A stretch of 64,000 bases of DNA from Bacilli bacterium (GCA_016302065.1 JAEDOI010000002.1:1036-65035), one strand, 5' to 3'; shown: positions 17,752 through 27,227, counted from the first letter of the stretch. The notes: generated by a model from the sequence alone, not told the origin. Made by a program: numbers and translations.

Positions 17752-19701
17752 TTGGATTTAAATATGGCAAAAAACGATTATAACGGTAATAGTATTGAAC
17801 TACTTGAAGGTCTTGAAGGTGTAAGAAAAAGACCTGGAATGTATATTGGCTCGACTAACGCTAATGGTCTCCATCATTTAGTATGGGAAATAGTAGATAA
17901 CGCTCTTGATGAAGCTTTAAATGGATATGGTAATAAAATTGTAGTAACAATCCATAAAGATAATAGCGTAACAGTAAGCGATGAAGGTAGAGGAATTCCT
18001 TGTGATATAAATACAAAAACTGGAAAACCTGCAATTGAATTAATTTTTACAACTCTCCATAGTGGTGGAAAATTTAACGAAGAGGCCTATGCAAATAGCG
18101 CTGGACTTCATGGTGTTGGAAGTAGTGTTACTAATGCATTAAGCGAATATACTGATGTTACATCCTTTTATAAAGGAGAAATTTATCATATTAGATTCGA
18201 AAAAGGTGAAAAAATATCAATTCCTTTAGAAAAGTTAGGAAAAACATTAAAACATGGAACAATAGTTACTTTTAAACCTGATAAAGAAATATTTTCAACA
18301 ACAGAAATGAGCTACGATCGAATATCAACTCATTTAAAAGAAGCAGCATTTTTACTAAAAAAAGTAAAATTTATTCTTATTGATGAGAGAAGCGGTTTTA
18401 AAGATGAATTTTATTATGAAAATGGAATTAGTGAATATATAGAAGAAATTAACGCTTCAAAAAGAGCTCTTGGTCCTGTTATTAGTTTTGAAGGAATGGA
18501 CCAAGGAATTGAAGTAAGTGTTGCATTACAATATTGTTACGATGATTATTCTGAAACAATAAGAAGTTATACTAACAATGTCCACACAGTTGATGGAGGA
18601 ACTCATGAAGTTGGTTTTAGAATTGGATTAACAAAAGCTGTTAATGATTATATTGATTCAAATGATTTAGGTAAAAAAATAAAATTAGAAGGAACTGATA
18701 TTCGTGAAGGTTTAACAGCTATTCTTTCATTAAGGATGAGTGAAAAAATTCTTGAATTTGAAGGTCAAACTAAATCTAAATTAGGAACACAAGCTGCTCA
18801 AGTTGTTGTTTCTAATTTAATTTATAGCAAAATGACCTATTATTTAAATGAGAATAAAGAATTTGCTATTCGTTTAATTAAAAAATGTCAAGATAGTGCA
18901 ACAGCTCGTCTTGCTGCAAGAAAAGCAAAAGAAGAAGCTAGAACTAAAAGAAAAGCTAAAGAATCAGTAATTTTAAGTGATAAATTAACTCCTGCTCAAT
19001 CAAAAGAATATGATAAAAATGAATTATTTATTGTTGAAGGTGATTCTGCTGGAGGAACTGCAAAAAAAGGAAGAGATCCAAAACACCAAGCAATCCTTCC
19101 TTTAAGAGGAAAACCATTAAATACTGATGGATTAACTATTGATAAAATTTTAAATAACTTAGAATTTTCAACAATTATTAATACAATTGGAGCTGGTGTA
19201 GGTGATAAGTTTGATATTGAAGATATCCATTATAATAAGATAATAATTATGACTGATGCTGATACTGATGGAGCCCATATTCAAACTCTTCTTTTAACAT
19301 TCTTTTATAATTATATGAGGCCACTTATTACTGAAGGTCATGTTTATGTTGCGGTTCCACCTCTTTATAGAGTATACAAAGAAGATAAGTTTGGTAATGT
19401 TACTACAGAACTTTATGCTTGGGATGATAAATCATTAGAGGAAAATAAAAAGAAAGTTGGTGCTGGATATAAAGTTAGTAGATATAAAGGATTAGGTGAA
19501 ATGAGTGATAAGCAACTTAAAAATACGACCATGGATCCAAAAAATCGTCTTCTTATTAAGATAAATATTAATGATCCATTAATAGTTGAATCAAAAGTTA
19601 ATATTTTAATGGGTAAAGATGCAGATAAACGTAAAAAATGGCTTGAACAAAATGTTGATTTTAATGAAGCTGATAATTTTATTAAGGAGGTTAAAAAATA
19701 A
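17752..19701 (+). CDS. parE: DNA topoisomerase IV subunit B
   Basis: 649 aa, GHKL ATPase plus TOPRIM (EGDSAGG, PLRGK, DADTDGAH). Called ParE from the plsY-parE-parC synteny. The start could be 17764. Confidence 0.88.
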   Translation: MDLNMAKNDYNGNSIELLEGLEGVRKRPGMYIGSTNANGLHHLVWEIVDNALDEALNGYGNKIVVTIHKDNSVTVSDEGRGIPCDINTKTGKPAIELIFTTLHSGGKFNEEAYANSAGLHGVGSSVTNALSEYTDVTSFYKGEIYHIRFEKGEKISIPLEKLGKTLKHGTIVTFKPDKEIFSTTEMSYDRISTHLKEAAFLLKKVKFILIDERSGFKDEFYYENGISEYIEEINASKRALGPVISFEGMDQGIEVSVALQYCYDDYSETIRSYTNNVHTVDGGTHEVGFRIGLTKAVNDYIDSNDLGKKIKLEGTDIREGLTAILSLRMSEKILEFEGQTKSKLGTQAAQVVVSNLIYSKMTYYLNENKEFAIRLIKKCQDSATARLAARKAKEEARTKRKAKESVILSDKLTPAQSKEYDKNELFIVEGDSAGGTAKKGRDPKHQAILPLRGKPLNTDGLTIDKILNNLEFSTIINTIGAGVGDKFDIEDIHYNKIIIMTDADTDGAHIQTLLLTFFYNYMRPLITEGHVYVAVPPLYRVYKEDKFGNVTTELYAWDDKSLEENKKKVGAGYKVSRYKGLGEMSDKQLKNTTMDPKNRLLIKININDPLIVESKVNILMGKDADKRKKWLEQNVDFNEADNFIKEVKK

Positions 19702-22391
19702 TGGCTAGAAAAAAGATTGAAGAAGAAATTTTACCTCTTAATGAAAATATTTCTGAAGAAGCAATGGATGATGTAATGAGTGATCGTTACGCAATCTATG
19801 CTAAATATGTAATCCAAGATAGAGCAATACCTGATGCAAGAGATGGTTTAAAACCAGTTCAAAGAAGAATAATTTATTCCATGTATAAAAATGGAAATAC
19901 TTTTGACAAACCAACAAAAAAATGTGCCAAAATTGTTGGTGATGTAATGGGAAGGTTCCATCCTCATGGAGATACATCAATTTATGATGCATTAGTTAGA
20001 TTATCTCAAGACTGGAAAATGGAAATGCCATTAATTAAATTTCAAGGAAATAATGGTAGTATTGATAATGATCCAGCTGCTGCTTATCGTTATACTGAAG
20101 CTAAATTAAATGAATTTAGTGAATATTTAATTAAAGATATCGATAAAGATACTGTCGAAATGACTTTAAATTTTGACGATAGTGAATTTGAACCAACAGT
20201 TTTACCATGTAGATTTCCTAATCTTTATGTTAATGGTAGTGAAGGAATTGCTGTTGCTATTGCTACTGATATTCCTCCTCACAACTTAACTGAAATGTGT
20301 CTTGCAACAATTTATCGAATTAATCATCCACAATGTGAATTAGATGAACTTCTTGAAATTGTTAAAGGTCCAGATTTTCCAACTGGTGGTATCTTATATA
20401 AAACTGATGGAATAAGAGACATTTACGCTACAGGAAAAGGAAAAATTGAACTTGCTAGTAAAGTAACTAAAAAAGAAGAAAAAGACCATAATGAGTTAAT
20501 AATTACTGAAATACCATATGGAGTTGTTAAACAATCTTTAGTTTTTTCAATTGATAAAATTAGAAAAAGTAAAGAAATTGATGGAATAATCGATGTAAAA
20601 GATTTAAGTGCTGGTGATGAAATTAAAATTGTAGTTGAAGTTAAAAAGGAAATGAACCTTGATACAGTTTTAGCTTATTTAATGAATAAAACTCAGTTAA
20701 AGATAAGTTATACTTCAAATTGCGTCGCAATTTGTCAAAATCATCCTCGTACTTTAACTTTACCTTTCTATTTAGATACTTATATCGATCATCAAATTGA
20801 TGTAATTACTAGAAGATCACAATTTGATTTAAATAAAGCTAAAAAAAGACTCCATATTGTTGAAGGTTTAATTAAAGCAATAAATGTAATTGATGAAGTT
20901 GTAAAAATTATTAGAAAAAGTAAAGATAAAGCTGATTCAAAATTAAATATTATAGCTAGATTCTCATTTAGTGAAGAACAAGCTGAAGCTATTGTTACTA
21001 TGCCTTTATATAAACTTTCTAATGCTGATGTTAATGTTTATATTAAGGAAAAAGGCGAGTTAGAGGATTTAATTAAAGATTTATCTGAAACTTTAAGTAG
21101 CAATGCTAAATTAAGAAAGATTATTGTTAAAGATTTAGAAGCAGTTATTAAGAAATATGGAAAAGAAAGAAAAACTGAAATTGTTGATTATGAAACAAAC
21201 AAATTTGAAGTTGATAAACGTGATTTAATTGTTAAAGAAGATTGTTATGTTGTTATAACAAGAGAAGGTTATATTAAACGCTCCACATTAAAATCATATT
21301 CTTCAAGTAATAATGCTCTTCCTGGAATTAAAGAAGGCGATTCATTAATTATGAATCAAATTGCTAATACTCTTGATTATGTTCTTCTTTTCACTAATAA
21401 AGGTAACTACATTTGCCTTAGTGTTGACCAAATTTTAGAAAATAAATACAAAGATGAAGGAAAACATATTAACTATTTATGTAATCTTCCTCTTGAAGAA
21501 ATGATTGTTAAAAGCATTTTAGTAAAAGATTTTACAAAAGATGTCAATATTTGCATCGTCTCAAAATTTGGACAAATTAAAAAGAGTAAACTTAATCTTT
21601 TCTTAAATGAAAGAACTAGTAAACCTATTACTTGTATGAGGCTTTTAAGTGATGATGAAGTAGTGGATGTTGCAATTTCAAATGGAAATTCTAATCTTTT
21701 AATTATTACTAAAAAAGGTTATGCAACTTATTTTAATGAAAGTGAACTTGCTTGCTTAGGTTTAAAAGCAAGTGGTGTAAAATGTATCTCAACTTTAAGA
21801 GAATCAGAAATTAAATCTCTTATCACTTATAGAAAAGATGAAAAAGGAAAGATGTTACTTTTAACTAACGAAGGTTGTGAAAGAATCTATGATATTTCAT
21901 ATTCTGAACTTACCGCTAGACTTGGTAAAAATCATTCCATTTTTAAATGTTTTGTATCTTCTCCTCATAATTTATTATATGTAACAAAAATAAAAGGTAA
22001 AGATCCAATTAAATTAAATTGTTTAATGAGCAATAACAGTGTTCTTGAACTTGAATTTAGTGATTTCCATCTTACACCTATCGAAAGTTATGCTAAAAAG
22101 AATATTGATTTTGATAAGTCATTAACAATTAAATATGTTTATAATTCTTTAGTTCAAGTAGTAGATTCTTCAACAATTGAGGAAAGAAGTGAACAAGATT
22201 TTAAGATTGAAGATTATTTTAAAGAAAAAGATACAAAAGAAATAAAACAAGAAGTAAAAGAAGTAGAACATAAAGAAGAAAAAGTTAGTGCTTTTGAAAA
22301 ATTCGGTTTAAAAAAGAAAGAAAAAAAGGAGAAGGAAGAATCCGACTCCAATTATGAACAAATATCAATTTTTGATGATTTTGGTGATTAA
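19701..22391 (+). CDS. parC: DNA topoisomerase IV subunit A
   Basis: 896 aa. Sequence includes DGLKPVQRRI and the catalytic-Tyr region AAAYRYTEAKL. I saw no GyrA-box. Has a long charged C-terminal tail. Confidence 0.88.
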   Translation: MARKKIEEEILPLNENISEEAMDDVMSDRYAIYAKYVIQDRAIPDARDGLKPVQRRIIYSMYKNGNTFDKPTKKCAKIVGDVMGRFHPHGDTSIYDALVRLSQDWKMEMPLIKFQGNNGSIDNDPAAAYRYTEAKLNEFSEYLIKDIDKDTVEMTLNFDDSEFEPTVLPCRFPNLYVNGSEGIAVAIATDIPPHNLTEMCLATIYRINHPQCELDELLEIVKGPDFPTGGILYKTDGIRDIYATGKGKIELASKVTKKEEKDHNELIITEIPYGVVKQSLVFSIDKIRKSKEIDGIIDVKDLSAGDEIKIVVEVKKEMNLDTVLAYLMNKTQLKISYTSNCVAICQNHPRTLTLPFYLDTYIDHQIDVITRRSQFDLNKAKKRLHIVEGLIKAINVIDEVVKIIRKSKDKADSKLNIIARFSFSEEQAEAIVTMPLYKLSNADVNVYIKEKGELEDLIKDLSETLSSNAKLRKIIVKDLEAVIKKYGKERKTEIVDYETNKFEVDKRDLIVKEDCYVVITREGYIKRSTLKSYSSSNNALPGIKEGDSLIMNQIANTLDYVLLFTNKGNYICLSVDQILENKYKDEGKHINYLCNLPLEEMIVKSILVKDFTKDVNICIVSKFGQIKKSKLNLFLNERTSKPITCMRLLSDDEVVDVAISNGNSNLLIITKKGYATYFNESELACLGLKASGVKCISTLRESEIKSLITYRKDEKGKMLLLTNEGCERIYDISYSELTARLGKNHSIFKCFVSSPHNLLYVTKIKGKDPIKLNCLMSNNSVLELEFSDFHLTPIESYAKKNIDFDKSLTIKYVYNSLVQVVDSSTIEERSEQDFKIEDYFKEKDTKEIKQEVKEVEHKEEKVSAFEKFGLKKKEKKEKEESDSNYEQISIFDDFGD

Positions 22392-22621
22392 ACTGAAACA
22401 GTTTCTAGTATTGTCACAAAATAATAAATAAAATACAAACTAACAGCAATAATACCAATTAAATTAAAATAGAAATCTTCTGGTTTACTATTTTCGTTTT
22501 TAAAAAAACCTACAAGACCAATTATAAAAAATGGTAGAGAAATAAACATACCAAAACTACTAGCTACTAAAAGTGAACCAATAATCCATGATAACTTACT
22601 AAAATTCATCTTTTCTTTCAT
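22388..22621 (-). CDS. hypothetical small membrane protein
   Basis: 77 aa with 2-3 hydrophobic helices. Its 3' end overlaps the parC 3' end by 4 nt. Confidence 0.45.
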   Translation of the reverse strand: MKEKMNFSKLSWIIGSLLVASSFGMFISLPFFIIGLVGFFKNENSKPEDFYFNLIGIIAVSLYFIYYFVTILETVSV

Positions 22622-22675
22622 AATGAATATTATAGTGTAATTTTAAATAAAATGATATTTAATTATAGATTAAAT

Positions 22676-22684
22676 TGTTATAAT
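22676..22684 (+). promoter_or_regulatory. extended -10 promoter (TGtTATAAT) placed for a leaderless yqeG mRNA
   Basis: TGtTATAAT is followed by exactly 7 nt and then the ATG at 22692. No SD. Confidence 0.45.
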
Positions 22685-22691
22685 TATTTAT

Positions 22692-23237
22692 ATGAATAAG
22701 TTATTGATTCCTACATTTTATGCTAAAAATTTATTTGATATCGATATAAATTTCTTTACATTATTAAATATTAAATATATTTTTGCTGATTTAGATAACA
22801 CTTTAGATTCATATAAAGAAGAAGTCGCATCAAAAAGAGTAATAGATTATGTAACTTTATTAAAGAAAAATGAAATAAATTTAATAATTGTTTCAAATAA
22901 TTCTAATAAGAGGGTAGAAAAATATGCTCATAGCATTAATATTCCTTATCTTTATAAATGTTATAAACCTTTTACTAAAAAAATTAATAAATATATAAAT
23001 AATAACAAAATAAATAAAGAAAATTGTATAATGATTGGTGATCAGGTATTAACTGATGTAAGATGTGGAAACAAATTAAAAATTAAAACAATCTTAGTTG
23101 ATGATTTAGTTAATTCTAATCAATTAGTTACTAAATTTAATAAATTTATGGCTAAAAATACTTTAAAGAAATTAAAAAGTAGAAATATGTTAGTTAATTG
23201 GAGGGATGTTTATGTCAGAATTCAAGAAAGTAGATAG
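22692..23237 (+). CDS. yqeG: YqeG-family HAD phosphatase
   Basis: 181 aa. Sequence includes FADLDNTL, VSNN and IGDQVLTD. First gene of the yqeG-yqeH block. Confidence 0.88.
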   Translation: MNKLLIPTFYAKNLFDIDINFFTLLNIKYIFADLDNTLDSYKEEVASKRVIDYVTLLKKNEINLIIVSNNSNKRVEKYAHSINIPYLYKCYKPFTKKINKYINNNKINKENCIMIGDQVLTDVRCGNKLKIKTILVDDLVNSNQLVTKFNKFMAKNTLKKLKSRNMLVNWRDVYVRIQESR

Positions 23238-24354
23238 ATGTTATCATTGTGGTGTTGTTTTACAAACCTCTAATAAAGATGAAAAAGGCTATATTAATAA
23301 AGAAACAGTGGAAAAATATCCAAATGGATTGTTACTCTGTAATGAATGTTATTCAAAAGCTAGAACAAATACTCTCCCAACATTAAATCAAATATATGAT
23401 AATGATTTTAAGAAAATTATTGATGTTGTTAAAAGAAAAAATGCTCTTGTTGTCTATGTTGTCGATGTTTTTTCTTTTGAAGGAAGCTTCGTTAAAGAAT
23501 TAAACGAAGCATTAGAAGGAATAGATATTTTAGCAATTGCTAATAAAGCTGATCTTTTACCATCTAATACTGATTTAGAACATGTAAAAAAATATGTTGA
23601 ACATGTATTTAAAAAATCTAATTTAAAGGTTTTAGATTGCTGTTTAGTTTCTTCAAATACTGGATTAAATATTGAAGAAATGTATGAAAAATTAAAAGAA
23701 TTATCAAAAGGAAGAGATGTTTATTTTATAGGAGCAATTGATAGTGGTAAAAGTGCTGTAATTAAAGAATTTTTAAAACTTTATAAAAATAATACAAATC
23801 ATTTAATTACACTTTACACATTTAAAGATACCACATTAAGAGGATATAAAATTCCAATTGGAAATAAGCAATATATCTTTGAAACTCCTGGCCTTTATGT
23901 ATCTAATTCAATCTTAGATAAAATAGATAAAGCAAGTCAAAATAAAATTATTCCAACTAAAGAAATTAAAGTTGTTAAAAAAACAATCAGTAAAAACAAT
24001 ATGTTAATGCTTGGTGGATTATGTGTAATACAATTATTAAGTGAAGAAAAAACCCAATTCTTAACATATATCAATAATGAAGTAACAGTAAATAAAACAA
24101 TTTCTGGAAGATTTTCTTCGTTAGAATATAAATTTAGAAAAGGTCTATGTGTTCCAATTAGTAAAACAATAAAATCAGAATTGGATCTTGATATGTTTGA
24201 TATTACCATTGATGAAACTGGCAGTAGAGATCTTGGAATTTTAGGTTTAGGATGGGTTAGTTTTATTGGAAATAACCAAAAATTAAGAATAATCGTTCCA
24301 AAAGGTACATTTATATTTAATATTAGGAGCAAAATTGATCATGTTAACAAATAA
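23212..24354 (+). CDS. yqeH: ribosome biogenesis GTPase YqeH
   Basis: N-terminal zinc finger CYHCG..CNEC and a circularly permuted GTPase (NKADLL..GAIDSGKS). I prefer the ATG at 23212 (GGAGGG 6 nt upstream) over the track start at 23206. Confidence 0.88.
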   Translation: MSEFKKVDRCYHCGVVLQTSNKDEKGYINKETVEKYPNGLLLCNECYSKARTNTLPTLNQIYDNDFKKIIDVVKRKNALVVYVVDVFSFEGSFVKELNEALEGIDILAIANKADLLPSNTDLEHVKKYVEHVFKKSNLKVLDCCLVSSNTGLNIEEMYEKLKELSKGRDVYFIGAIDSGKSAVIKEFLKLYKNNTNHLITLYTFKDTTLRGYKIPIGNKQYIFETPGLYVSNSILDKIDKASQNKIIPTKEIKVVKKTISKNNMLMLGGLCVIQLLSEEKTQFLTYINNEVTVNKTISGRFSSLEYKFRKGLCVPISKTIKSELDLDMFDITIDETGSRDLGILGLGWVSFIGNNQKLRIIVPKGTFIFNIRSKIDHVNK

Positions 24355-24646
24355 AGATAAATCAACATTAAAACAAATTATTCATTCTGATATGAAAAAA
24401 ATTGTTAATTTCAATATTGGAAAAGAATCTTTAAATGAAAATAATATTAAAATGTTAAAAAATGCTTTTAATACTCATGAAATTATTAAAATATCATTTT
24501 TAAAATCTTGTTTAGAACAAGAAAATAAACAACAATTAATATTAGACTTAAGCAGTGAATTGCAAGCAGAAGTAGTTCAATCAATTGGACATACTGTTAT
24601 TTTATATAAAGAAAATAAAGAATTAGAAAATCATATTAAGTTATAA
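24335..24646 (+). CDS. yhbY: YhbY/CRS1-family RNA-binding protein (YqeI)
   Basis: 103 aa. Sequence includes LTNKDKSTLKQI..NIGKESLNENNIKMLKNAFNTHEIIKISF. Confidence 0.8.
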   Translation: MIMLTNKDKSTLKQIIHSDMKKIVNFNIGKESLNENNIKMLKNAFNTHEIIKISFLKSCLEQENKQQLILDLSSELQAEVVQSIGHTVILYKENKELENHIKL

Positions 24647-24648
24647 AT

Positions 24649-25251
24649 ATGAAAATTGAATTTAATTCTAAATATTTTATTGAAGATAGTAATGGTGTAA
24701 GTGCAAATGAAGAAATTTTAAATATAATTTCTTCATTTTTAGATGAAAAAAGATATAAACATTGTTTAAGTGTAGGAACTTTAGCTTATAAAATAGCAAT
24801 TTCTAATAATTTAAAAGATCCTCTTAAATATTACTTTGCTGGGATTGTCCATGATATTGGAAAAAATTTAGATAATAATAGTGAATATATAAATAAATAT
24901 TTAAGTGAAAAAGAAAAAAAGTATCCTAAATATATGTACCATCAGTTTTTAGGATATTATTTAGTTAAAGAAATATTTTCACTTGATGATGAATATATAC
25001 TAAACGCAATTAAATATCACTGTAGTGGAAGAAAAAATATGAGTGCAATTGAAAAGATAATTTATGCAAGTGATAAAATTGATCCTTTAAGAGGATATGA
25101 TAGCTCATATATGATTGAAGCAATGCTAAATAATTTCGAAACGGGATTTATTTTAGTCTTAGGTGAAAATAAAAAATTTATTAATAACAAGAAATTAAAA
25201 TATTCAGATAATGAGTTAACTGAAGAGTGCTACGAATATTATTTAAAGTAA
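24649..25251 (+). CDS. yqeK: YqeK-family HD-domain phosphohydrolase
   Basis: 200 aa. Sequence includes HCLSVG and VHDIGK. Last gene of the yqe block. Confidence 0.85.
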   Translation: MKIEFNSKYFIEDSNGVSANEEILNIISSFLDEKRYKHCLSVGTLAYKIAISNNLKDPLKYYFAGIVHDIGKNLDNNSEYINKYLSEKEKKYPKYMYHQFLGYYLVKEIFSLDDEYILNAIKYHCSGRKNMSAIEKIIYASDKIDPLRGYDSSYMIEAMLNNFETGFILVLGENKKFINNKKLKYSDNELTEECYEYYLK

Positions 25252-25288
25252 AACCCAATTGATTTATTAATAATTGGGTTATTTTCTT
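25252..25288 (+). terminator. intrinsic terminator after yqeK
   Basis: AACCCAATT (11-nt loop) AATTGGGTT followed by ATTTTCTT, starting directly after the stop. Confidence 0.7.
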
Positions 25289-25298
25289 GTGATATATT

Positions 25299-25326
25299 AC
25301 TTCGTATAATGTCTATTATGTTAATA
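25299..25326. other. dif: candidate chromosome dimer resolution site dif (XerC/XerD target)
   Basis: ACTTCGTATAA-TGTCTA-TTATGTTAATA has the 11-6-11 architecture and is close to the B. subtilis and E. coli dif sequences. It lies in the gap where plus- and minus-strand gene blocks converge. Confidence 0.65.
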
Positions 25327-25394
25327 AAAGCAATCAAAAATACGATAACATCGATATTTTAAAATATATCAAATATTATTATATAAATTTATGT

Positions 25395-25424
25395 ATAAAA
25401 AAATATGTGAGTTTTCCACATATT
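25395..25424 (-). terminator. intrinsic terminator after the ABC permease gene
   Basis: Minus strand: AATATGTG GAAAACT CACATATT followed by TTTTTTT. Confidence 0.65.
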
Positions 25425-25429
25425 CTTAT

Positions 25430-25457
25430 TACTAATAATCTACTAATTTTATACTAA
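25430..25457 (-). repeat. phased TTAGTA array E (three exact TTAGTA units, 11-bp period)
   Basis: Plus-strand TACTAA at 25430, 25441 and 25452. The array begins 9 nt after the permease stop and is followed by the terminator. Confidence 0.85.
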
Positions 25458-25465
25458 TTAACTAT

Positions 25466-26230
25466 TTATTTATCAATTTTAATGAATTTTTCTTTTAAAA
25501 TATATAAAACTAAATCAATAAGTAAATACACAACAACAATTAGCAAAGCATATGAATAAATATCTATATAATTGAATGTATGATTATATGCATTATTTAT
25601 TAAATGTCCAATTCCAATATTTTTATTATCCCCCATTAAAATTTCTGCCATAATTTCAATTTTTAACCCTAATCCAATTGATTGAATAACACTTAATAAA
25701 ATATATGGACTTGCAAGAGGAAATAAAACTTTAAATAAAGATGAAAACCCTTTTGTTTCCTCAAGTCTTAAAGAATTAATAATATTTTGATCTATTTCTA
25801 AAAAACCTTTTAATGTAGCCTCATAAATTAATGGGAATAAAACCAAAAAAGAAATTATTAAATAAGCAAATATATTTTTAATGAATATTATTAGCAAAAT
25901 AGAAATTATAATTGTTGGTATTACCCTAAATATTTTATTAATTGGAGAAAAAAATGCTCTAAATAATTCAAAATAATAGGCTAATATTCCAAAAATTATT
26001 CCAAATATTATCGAAATTAATACTCCAAGTAGTCCTAATCCAATAGTAAAAAATAAAGATTTATATAGATTTATATCTTTTAATAAATTAACAAAATTCA
26101 TTAAAGATTCGATAAAAGAAGGAAAAACACTATTGGAATTATAAATTCTAGAAGATATTTCCCAAAAAAATAGAACAAATAATAAGCCTAAAAATACAAA
26201 AATAATATTTAATATCTTCTTTTTTGTCAT
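25466..26230 (-). CDS. ABC transporter permease (NitT/TauT-like)
   Basis: 254 aa with about 6 TM helices and an EAA-loop-like LRLEETKGFSSLFKVLFPLASPYIL. Confidence 0.8.
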   Translation of the reverse strand: MTKKKILNIIFVFLGLLFVLFFWEISSRIYNSNSVFPSFIESLMNFVNLLKDINLYKSLFFTIGLGLLGVLISIIFGIIFGILAYYFELFRAFFSPINKIFRVIPTIIISILLIIFIKNIFAYLIISFLVLFPLIYEATLKGFLEIDQNIINSLRLEETKGFSSLFKVLFPLASPYILLSVIQSIGLGLKIEIMAEILMGDNKNIGIGHLINNAYNHTFNYIDIYSYALLIVVVYLLIDLVLYILKEKFIKIDK

Positions 26231-26232
26231 AT

Positions 26233-27225
26233 TTAACTAATTAAAGAAATAAATGAATCTATTTTTTCTTCACTTATAAAGTTAGATCCAGTTATTAAAT
26301 TATCACTAGAAGCAATTCCAAATCTATTTTCTTTATTATCTTGTAAAGCTAAAATATAATCTTTTTTGAATCCAAATTTAAGTTCAAATTCTTCATCACT
26401 TATATTTAATTCTTCTAATTTAGATATTATTTTAGAAGGAGCATTTATTGCTTCATCTAAATTTTTAGTAACTGAATTATTTAAATATTGTTCCACTATC
26501 TCTTTATTTTCATTATAAAAGCTATTTTTTACAAATAATCCAGCTTGAGGTATAAAATCATATTCATTATTTGTTTTTTCTTTTAAAGCCCTATTTATAT
26601 CTAAATATTCGTATATATCGTTAGATTCATTATCATCAAAATTATTTTGACTTTTTAAAGCATATAAACTAGGTTCTGCAATTAAAGCCCAATCAACCTT
26701 ATTTCCTTTATGTAAACCGCTCTTTAAAACAGTTGCAACTTGGCTAACTCCATTTAAATAATGAATATTATCTTTATTTTCATTATAAATTGAAGGCAAA
26801 ACATAATTTAAAGATAGATCTGTTATGCTTCCTTTTTGGAATGAAACAATATAATCATCCTTTGAAGGAATGTCTTTATTTGTCTTATTAAATCCTACAA
26901 AATGAAAATTACCTTTAGTTAATAAACCTAAGAATTTATAATCAGATTTATTATTTTTAATTAATTTTAAAGCGTTTGATGATTCAAAAACTATAAAATT
27001 ATATTCACTATTTTTATTTTGTAATTCAATAGGAATACTTGTAGGCGTACTTGTTGTCGTACAATTTGAAGAAAGAATTGATTCATAGATTCCTAAAGTA
27101 GGTGCACCAAGTGGTGATAAAATCTTAATATTTTCATCAATTAAATAAGTATTAGATGATAAATTAGAACAAGAAACGAGATTAATAACAAAAAAGATAG
27201 ATAAAAATTTAAGTTTTTTTATCAT
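26233..27225 (-). CDS. putative ABC substrate-binding lipoprotein
   Basis: 330 aa with a signal peptide and lipobox (FFVINLVSC). Directly upstream of the permease. Ligand unknown. Confidence 0.6.
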   Translation of the reverse strand: MIKKLKFLSIFFVINLVSCSNLSSNTYLIDENIKILSPLGAPTLGIYESILSSNCTTTSTPTSIPIELQNKNSEYNFIVFESSNALKLIKNNKSDYKFLGLLTKGNFHFVGFNKTNKDIPSKDDYIVSFQKGSITDLSLNYVLPSIYNENKDNIHYLNGVSQVATVLKSGLHKGNKVDWALIAEPSLYALKSQNNFDDNESNDIYEYLDINRALKEKTNNEYDFIPQAGLFVKNSFYNENKEIVEQYLNNSVTKNLDEAINAPSKIISKLEELNISDEEFELKFGFKKDYILALQDNKENRFGIASSDNLITGSNFISEEKIDSFISLIS

Positions 27226-27227
27226 AA

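Noticed and set aside
17752-22391. Could be DNA gyrase GyrB/GyrA rather than topoisomerase IV.
   Set aside because: The pair is adjacent to plsY as in B. subtilis plsY-parE-parC and is not next to dnaA-dnaN-recF. I saw no GyrA-box (QRRGGKG-like) in the A-subunit C-terminal domain. Residual uncertainty is reflected in the confidence scores.
25303-25310. TATAAT hexamer on the plus strand with TTGTGA upstream, which could drive a small RNA in the convergence gap.
   Set aside because: The hexamer is the inner part of the left arm of the dif candidate. The TTGTGA spacing (12 nt) is wrong for a promoter. No plus-strand gene follows for 36 kb.
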